A stretch of DNA of 64,000 nucleotides from Paraphysomonas bandaiensis (taxonomy: Eukaryota; Protista; Chrysophyceae). Numbering within the stretch: the first letter of the stretch is position 1; the number at the start of each line of letters is the position of its first letter. A model generated the notes under the pieces. The model saw only the letters and a program-made list of their open reading frames with translations. It ran no database searches and had not been told where the DNA came from. Location of the stretch: assembly GCA_965644295.1 (NCBI GenBank), contig CBFFRP010000416.1, positions 1 to 64,000 on the forward strand. Direction: 5' to 3'. The position numbers and the translations under genes were made by a program. Below are positions 47,701 through 56,700 of the stretch, in pieces.

Positions 47701-50700
47701 GAGGAACGTTTTCACTTGTGAGAGCTTGCACCATTTTGGAAAAGGAAATCATTACATCTTCCAAACAACCAAATTTATTTGCAGCTTCTACCATGGAGGC
47801 AAAAGCTCCAGAAATCGCAATCTTAGTCATATTATCGGGGTCCATACATAGACTATGCATAAAATATAGCGCATGGACACTCGATTCACCTTCATTCTCC
47901 ATAACATAAGACCTGAGAGTAGATGTAACAATTTCGCAAGCTCCTGTAACACCAAATCTGGAGGCAGAGGATGGAACGATCTCAATTACACTTCCTACCA
48001 GTTTGAAAACGGCCCCATGAATGTCCTTGTCATGGGGATACGCATCTAAAGTATGTATCACAACATCACATAATCCACACTCAAATAATTCCAGAGCTAT
48101 CTCTAAACTGTCATTCAACAACGCACATAATGTACAAAAGGCCTCAACAATAACACTTTTGTGAAGTAAGTGTGTTGTTATCGCAGTGCAAATACTCTGA
48201 TTCGCGCCTATCGAAAAGAATCGTTTTGTATTATCAATTTCAGAAGACAAGCCACTTATCGCATTACACGCAGCCTCGACTACGTGTGGGTTTTTCATTT
48301 GTTCGTGAAGTGCCGAGCATACAGTTTCACAGGCACCAACTGCCCCAAGCGCAGTTGAGCTAGATTTGTGTTGTTGACACATGTTAGCTATCGTTCGGAA
48401 ACTGACTTGAAGTATATCAGGATCTGATAGATGTCCTTTCACAGTGTCTACCAAAGTGCGACAAGAGCTGAGAGGAATTTTAGCATCTCCATCGGACCCT
48501 TCGGGAAGAGACAAACTCCACAAGGCTCCGCAACCAAGTTTCGATATATCTTCACGACTGTGGAACACTTTTAAGGCTCGCTCTACCCTTTCAACAGCAT
48601 GGAGAGAACGTAACTTCTGTCGACATGCTGGACAATTAGAAGCCAGGTGCCATATTGCACCACAACACACTCTCACAACACTAGGTTGATCAGCCCACAC
48701 ATCTATTGCACTGACGATGGTGCTCATAACGGTAGTAGCAGCAAACTTTTCTTTGCTCATATCGTTGTCAATACAAAGAAACCAAACACATTCAATTGCG
48801 ATTTCACATCGCTTTACATCCCCCTCAACAATATTGAGATAGGTCACCAGCATCTCACATACTCCTGACAGCGCAAATGCCGACGAACTGTCTATGTTGC
48901 TTTTCGACATGTCACGGATTGCAGTCACAGCATGTGTACAAACTGTATTATCGCTTCCCAGATTCCACTGCAAAACTGTCGATACAGCCTTTGGGGCATC
49001 CGCATCGCTGAGAAGTATTGTGTTGCCGTGGGAGCTATTGACTAATAGACAAATAGCTTTACAAGCCAACACGGACACTGCTGGCGATTTGAAATGATTG
49101 TGAATTATGAAGACAATCAAATCACTAATTCCGCACGCACCCCATACTTCACTCTGCAATGCATCTGTTTCAATAGAGGCTATGACAGCGTTTAAAACCT
49201 GTTCTGCAAGACCAATTGAGCTACCAAACATCTTCCCATTCGCAATTATAACATCGTAGACCTCTGCACTCTGTAAATGAGAAGAGTAGTTCCCATGAGT
49301 AAAGAACACAGCAATAATTCCAACGCAACACTCAATTACAAACGAATTAGCCAAACTATATACAGTCAAGCCCTTCAAAACTGTATCTACTGCACCACAT
49401 GATCCAAGACACGACAGATTTCGTTCACTATGATAAGCTAGAGCCATAACGACTGCGAATCCACTGGCGGCAACATCAAGGGCATCCAAATGTTTATTAA
49501 GGGTGTCAATACATGTACTGCAATGATCATTGCTGGATAGTTTCTCAATATTGGTTACATCACCAAACTGGACAAGCTTTCGTAGTACAAACAAGCCATC
49601 GATACAAATATCAACATCAGTAGCATACTTGCGTATGCATTCAATTATTGCTATTGTCGACTCACATGAACTCAATTCTACTTTTCCTTCAATTTCGTAG
49701 GCAAAAATAGACAGGAGTGTCAATGACGAGAACACTGTCTCCCGAATAGAGTGATACTGTTTGAATACTGAGAAAACAATCTTAACAGCCCCCAGTGATA
49801 CCAATCTTAATACAATAGTCCTATCAACAGTACTTCCTTGAACCCGGGCAAGACCATACAGAGCCTGACAAACACTGTCACACACATCAGATCTCATTGT
49901 GACATAACTGGAGAGCAGACGGACAAGTAACTCGCACATTCCCGCATCGATGATTATAGACGATAGTAAACGTGAATGCGATAACGCCTTAACCATTAGA
50001 CATAGTGATATAGTAGCTGAAAAATCTTTATCATGCAAGCTAAAAGCTTGAAGCAATTGCTCTACAAAGTCACCACTCTCCAGTTCCATTAAATTACCAG
50101 CATATCCAGTACAAAGTGCTTCAATCGAATCAAAGAGGGCAGCAATTGCATCAGCACTAGACATGTGGAAACTAACAGCCTCACAGAGTATAGAACAAAG
50201 TCCCATTGAGCAAAAAGTTTCCGCGATAGATGCTACCTCTCGTACCAGAGAAGATACTCCATGGCAGGCTTGGATAACGACGCCTTTGTCATTCATATGA
50301 GTTCTTAGCGAATCTATCAGGGTCTTAACTACATGTCCCGTCACCTGTTGATCAGTATCCCCGGCCTTAGAGTCGTCGGTAGAGAGCGTTAATAACCACA
50401 GTATCGAAGCCAGTACTTCACCATCTGCGTTATATTTTTCCTTCAAAGCGCCAAGGAGAGTTTTTAGCTTCATAGTATCCATGGTACTATGACTGCTAAT
50501 TGCAAATCGAATTGAATTGAATGCATGGCAAATTGCAATTACGACGTCGCGACTGTCTTGATGCAACGACAGGAGGTTTAACAATACTGTACACCCTGAA
50601 TTTTCAACAACATATCCAGCGTTAGACTCATTTTCACGACAGAGAGCTGATAAAGCAGTACACACAGCGGTAACTACATCTACAACACAGTCCGTAGCTC

Positions 50701-53700
50701 TAATAATTTCCATTAAATTTAGACAGCACTCTTCACCAAATCGTGACCCATTAGCTGGACAAGTCATCATGCTCTTGATGGTCGATGATATTGAACATAT
50801 TAAAATGTCATGATTTCGGTATGACAGGAGAGCATTTGTCAATATGTCGCATATGCCATGAGAGCCCATTCTTTCGCTAGCAACAATAGAACTGGAGCAC
50901 AAGCTGGATACTGCCACACATAGCCTTTGGTATACGTGAGATGATTCTACATACGCCACCATCCGCGAAGCGAGAAGTGTGTATAGCTTACTACTTTCGG
51001 AGAACTTGTAACCTGACGCTGACACAGCGGCTATACTTCCACTGACGGCACTCAATACAATTGGTTTGTCCGAGAAATTTTCAATTGCTGTAGAGAAAGT
51101 ATTTTCGAAACGACAGTCCTCTACAAACAAGGGAAGAACACTGGAACTATCCATCTCAAATAACGATGTGACACATTTAAACATATTGATTGTTGTTTTT
51201 ACACATGAACCATGAGTTTCCGAAATTACCATAAGAGCAGAACATACACCACATTGAGCAAAAAATTGAACATTAGATAAATTCGATCTCGTAACAGACT
51301 CTATCGCAGCGCACGCGGCGGTAGCCACGACAGAATTACTGATGTACATGTTCATGCATTGAACTAATATTTCACGGGCTGAATGCGTCCTGAAAAAAGA
51401 TTCATTAACACTGTACCGGCATAGACTTGCAACAGCATAACACGCTGCAGCACACACACCAGAGGAATACAAGAGCGCAGTCATATCTTCCGTGTGTTTT
51501 TTCAATGTATCAACAACAAAACGAGGGACACAGGAGGTAGACAAAAGAGAAACACACTGCGAACTGCTTTCTGTCAAAGAAGTAACAACCTCGCAAATTA
51601 CATGAGCTGTATCATCGCTATTTACTTCACAAAGCTTTACAATCCGATCTACGAATCCATCTTCAATAAACTTCTCCGCATTGATTTGGTTTTTGGTGAC
51701 CAATGCACCTACAGTACGAAATGCAGCAACATATACATCCATATTTGAGACGTAAAATGTCAGTACCATTGAAACAGAGTCACATATGCCAACATTAGAC
51801 AGAAGCGCTTGTGCATCAGAGTTTGCGTCCGAAACAATTCGAATAACGCGCAAACATGCCATTACCACATCTTGATGCTCAATAAAATTCCGAAGTGTAT
51901 GATTCAGTAATTCACCGCATGACTTTTCAGCAATTTCAGAGCAGCATCCTGGGTCGTTTTGGCACATCGATTCCAGCAAAACTAACCCACGATATAGTAC
52001 CGACGCACAAGTTGGATGTTTCTCCAATACGGATACAACACATGCACCTACTCCTTGCTTTGCTAGGTCTTCCTGAATTGCAATGAGATGAGATACACTT
52101 ATCATAGCCTCCAAAGCCGCGAGAACAACATCTTCATGCTGTGAATGCATGGCGAGTAAGGTCAAAATTTTATGAACTGTCCCGCATTCATTTAGTAGTG
52201 ACGAGGCTTTAGTGTTGCTACTTAAACCATAGACAGCATTACACCAGGACAAAGAGGCTTCGGGACCCATATCATGTCTATCACTTGCAGAATTCACAAT
52301 ATATTCACCAATTCTTAATGCCAGCAGGCGGTTTACACATTCTTCAGAGCTGCACAATCCAGCAACAGCAGTAGATATAATATGAACAGCATTTATATCC
52401 GGCCCCTTACTTGTCATCAGGAACTGCAACGCTTCGCATACCCCTCTTGACATGAGTTTATCGCAATTGTCAGATACTGAAGTACACATGTTGGCAACTA
52501 GCAAACAGAGCAACGAGAGTACGCAATCATTCTCACTATATTTATATAAACCAGCTATGGCTGCATCACTCACACCACTGTCAGTAACTGAGCATTTAAA
52601 AGCATTGTCACCAATCAGCAGGCTACATAAAACCGCACAACAGTTTTCCAAAATATCAACATTGCTAAAGAAATGAAGGAATATAGCTGAAAACAAGTCA
52701 TATCCAGCTGATTCTCTCAAACGCGTTACGTTTCCTTCATGACCACCCGCAAGATTTCGAGCAGCCATACATCCTGACATTACCACTATTTCAGATTCAC
52801 TGTGACAACGAAGCATATCAATGATAAGTTCACATGCCCCACTCACTCCAAAAGTTGATTTATTGAGCACATGATTCGCAGAGAGTGAGCAAATTGTTCG
52901 ACATGCCATTTTACAAAAGTTTGGATTATCAGTATGAGTAGCTATCGCATCACATATGGCGTGGCAAGCCCCAGCCTGCCCATAACGCGACTGATCGGCC
53001 TCTGATTTCGTTGCCATTGCACATATTGCCTCGCAAGCATTGTACGCAATATCTACCCTGGTAGTGTGTCTTCTCAAAATAGAAATGATAACTTCACAAA
53101 TACCTAATTTTCGCAACTTCGATGCGGTCGTGCCTTTATTGTACTCAAGCAATCGGGATATTGTAATGCACCCTGTGCTAGAAAACTCAGGGTTTACTTT
53201 CTTTTCGTCCATAATATTCACCAGCAATATAGAATACTCGGTGTTGTCGACAGCTGCAGCAACAGTTTCCCCTCCGAACTCAAGAAGTGTAGAAAGCACT
53301 TTACATGCATTTAGACAAGCATCCTCAGAGAGAGCTTTTCCGCTGTGCAGTCGAAAAGCATCCACCAGTGGTATGATGCTATCTAAAGAACTGTATACTG
53401 TACAAGTTTCAACGGATGACAATAGCACCAGCTCGGCTAGAGCACATGCGTGCTCTACAGCAGCAGCAGATCGAGTGTGCTTGGATATTAGAGTTGTAAG
53501 TAGAGTGCACATTTCCGTCATATTAAAACTCGCGAACAGAGTTGCTGAACATGAAAGTAAGTAATATAAGATATTACAACCGCTGCAGCATATTTCTACA
53601 TTGTTAAGGTTATTCAGCAACTGTGCCAAGATAACTCGACCAGCTCCTGCCTCAACAAATCTCTCAGTTGTAACATTAACATAAAGAGTGTGTGCTCTCC

Positions 53701-56700
53701 CATGTTGACATAAGGCAACCATCGCACTTAAGACGGCTGCAACTACAACAGGACTACAGCTCCACTTATGCAACATGTCAACCAGCACTTCACATGTACC
53801 ATGAGTGCCAAATTCCAATTGGTTTGCTACATTCCCGATAGAAAGGCTTACTATTGCTGCAAGTGATGACAGCACAACTGTTTCGTCATCATTTGTGTTC
53901 GCAGATGACAATGTTTGCAGCACACTGAAGCACGTGTTCTCACTGCCCATACGCAGCGAGTTTTCTCTATTAGTCGAAGTTAGACTCATAATTGCTCCGG
54001 ACACTGCCGCAGCTACACCACTATTTGTCATATGCTCTTCTAATATACTGGTTACAATTTCACAAGCGCCTTTTCCACCAAATATCCCGCTATTTTCGTC
54101 ACAATCAGATGACAAATTCTGTATAGCTAAGCAGGCGTTACGCGCAACATCAGCACTATTTGAATGCACAGCGAGGAGGGACAATATTCGCTCACATGTG
54201 CCTGCTCTACCTATTTTGATTTTATTGCTCTTGCAGTAAGCTAATCCAGAGATAGCTAAGCATGCATTGGATACAGCCACCGGGTCGCAGAAGTGCACAT
54301 TCAACCCATTACACACAGCCTCGCAAACACCATGCGAACCAAATATCATTGCAGCATCAATATTGCCTTGAACCAAAGAGAATACTGCATGACATGCCTC
54401 CTGATAAACCTCCGTACACTCAGAATGCTGCTTCAAGGCACTAACCATCGTTGAACATACATCCATGTCTATGAAAGCTGACTGATTAATAGTGCGCCGT
54501 GAATCATCAATTGCAGTAAAAAAACTTATCAGCATTCGAAAACAAGATACACATATCGCATCTGAATCAACAAACCTCTTCAAAATAGATAGAATATTGC
54601 TCTTAATAGTTCCCCCATCTAGCATTGCTGACATCACCGAAGCTGATTCCATAATTCTGCATAATACACCACTACATTGGACCATTACATCTCGTACATT
54701 CGAAAACTCTGTGAAAAACTTGAGAATTAGGAGAGGGAGTCCTTCATTTTCGAGATTCGAGCGCCCACTATCGTTGAGCACCAGGTGTTTGGCTGCAGCA
54801 CATCCCGCTTCCACCACATTTTCGAAGTCCCCAAACCTCTTCAAGCAATTACACACAGCCTTCGCACCTCCAGCTTTAATCAAAAGTGGAAGATTTTGGG
54901 ATTGTTCACTGAGGTCGGGGCACGGCATACTCAAATAATAAATGCACCAGATCAGCTGTGTCTTGACTGAAATATCATTAGTAGTCCAACTGCTGAGTGT
55001 ACCAAGCACAACACTCTCACAGGCTCCCAGTAATCCAAACGCTTTCTGTATACGGGAACCGGCAGAAAGCATTGAGCACATAGCTAAAGAAGAGGATAGA
55101 CATAACTCTGAGTTACTATCCGCATACGAGAGTTGCATAGCGGTTAATAACACTGCACACCCATCTGCTTCCACACATCGCATTACATTGTCGATATTTC
55201 TATCACACAAAGAAGCTAGAGTACGACAAAGCAGCGCGGCGTAGGCGGGATCCGTCTGGGAGGTTCTCAAATTTCGAACAAGCAGCTGGCATATTCCCAC
55301 AGAGCCCAAGGAATCACAAACACCATGTTCAGTATGTAACGACAAAACTGCCCCGACTGTACCAATAATATCACTACATACTGCTGGTTCATTGGAATGG
55401 AGGGCTAACGCTTGTGTCAATGCAAAGCACACTTCTGTGATATCAGACAAGGAGTAGAAATCAATTAATTTCCGCAGTCCAGTACATAACCACTGGACAA
55501 TATCTCCTTGATCGTTGAACGCTCGAATTCCATTCAGTACATATTGAGAAAAGCGTGAGTCCCGGACTTGCGACAGGACAGATGGATTCGATTGTACCAG
55601 ATCATTCAATACCATAACGCCGTGAACGAGTACTTCCTTGTGTTCAGAATGGGAGTCCAACGTCCGAACAAGATTCGAAAAAAAATTAGATTGAATAAGC
55701 GATAAGTCATTGGATACATGTCTAAGCATATTCTGCAGAGCTGAGCATACATGCACTATACAATTATAGTCGCTATAGTAACTTTCTAAAATACTTAACA
55801 AAAGCATATCCGTCCCCAATGCAACAAATTCAATTGCAATGCGAGCGTCATGGACAAGGGTTGCAATACATGAACATGCTGACTCACGCACAGCATGAAT
55901 ATCCGAGTTATTCTTTAATAAACCAGTGAGCAACCGCACGCGGGACTGATCAAAGTGATCACGATAACGATCTAGCCTCGAGAAAATACTCACAACATTC
56001 AGTGCATCGCAAACAGCATCACAAATTTCATCGCTTCTAGCAGTGTCACTGGTATCCATTTCAGAAATTTGAGCCATCAGCAAACGCTGTATGTCTATAT
56101 CTAAAAATTTGTTAACAATTTCATTGTGGAAGTCATCATCAATGGTACTACATAGGTTGCAGACACATCGAAAGAGAACAGAGCAATAGCGCGGTTTTTT
56201 TGAATATTTTAAAAGTGCTGCAATAATTATTTCGTGGATGTTCATTTGTATAAATAGTTCGCGATTTTCACGGCAGTTGACTGTGAAGGCACAAAAACTC
56301 GTGCATATCGTTTCCACAATGGCTGATTGCGTTGACAAGTCATATTTACTGGAAAAAACTTCTTCTAGCACACTTGGGAGTTTTCGACAAGCCCCCCTTT
56401 CTCTCAATATATCAGAGGCAGTCTGACAGCATTCAATTAGTTCATGCATAGCCAGAAATGTAAGAGCCCTATCTACGACGTCCTGAAATTCGTCAAGAGT
56501 CTCACAAAGTGTTGCACATATGGAGTCATCAAATCCACTCCAAATGGCAATGACAGATAACGCTGCACGTAGTACACAAGGTTTACCACGAGATGTCTCC
56601 ATGGCAACCCTCACTGAGTCCCTCACATACTGGCTTGAGATATCATCACAACTTGCTAAATTGAGTCTTCCCAGAGCATACATCGCGTGCTCCTGTACCA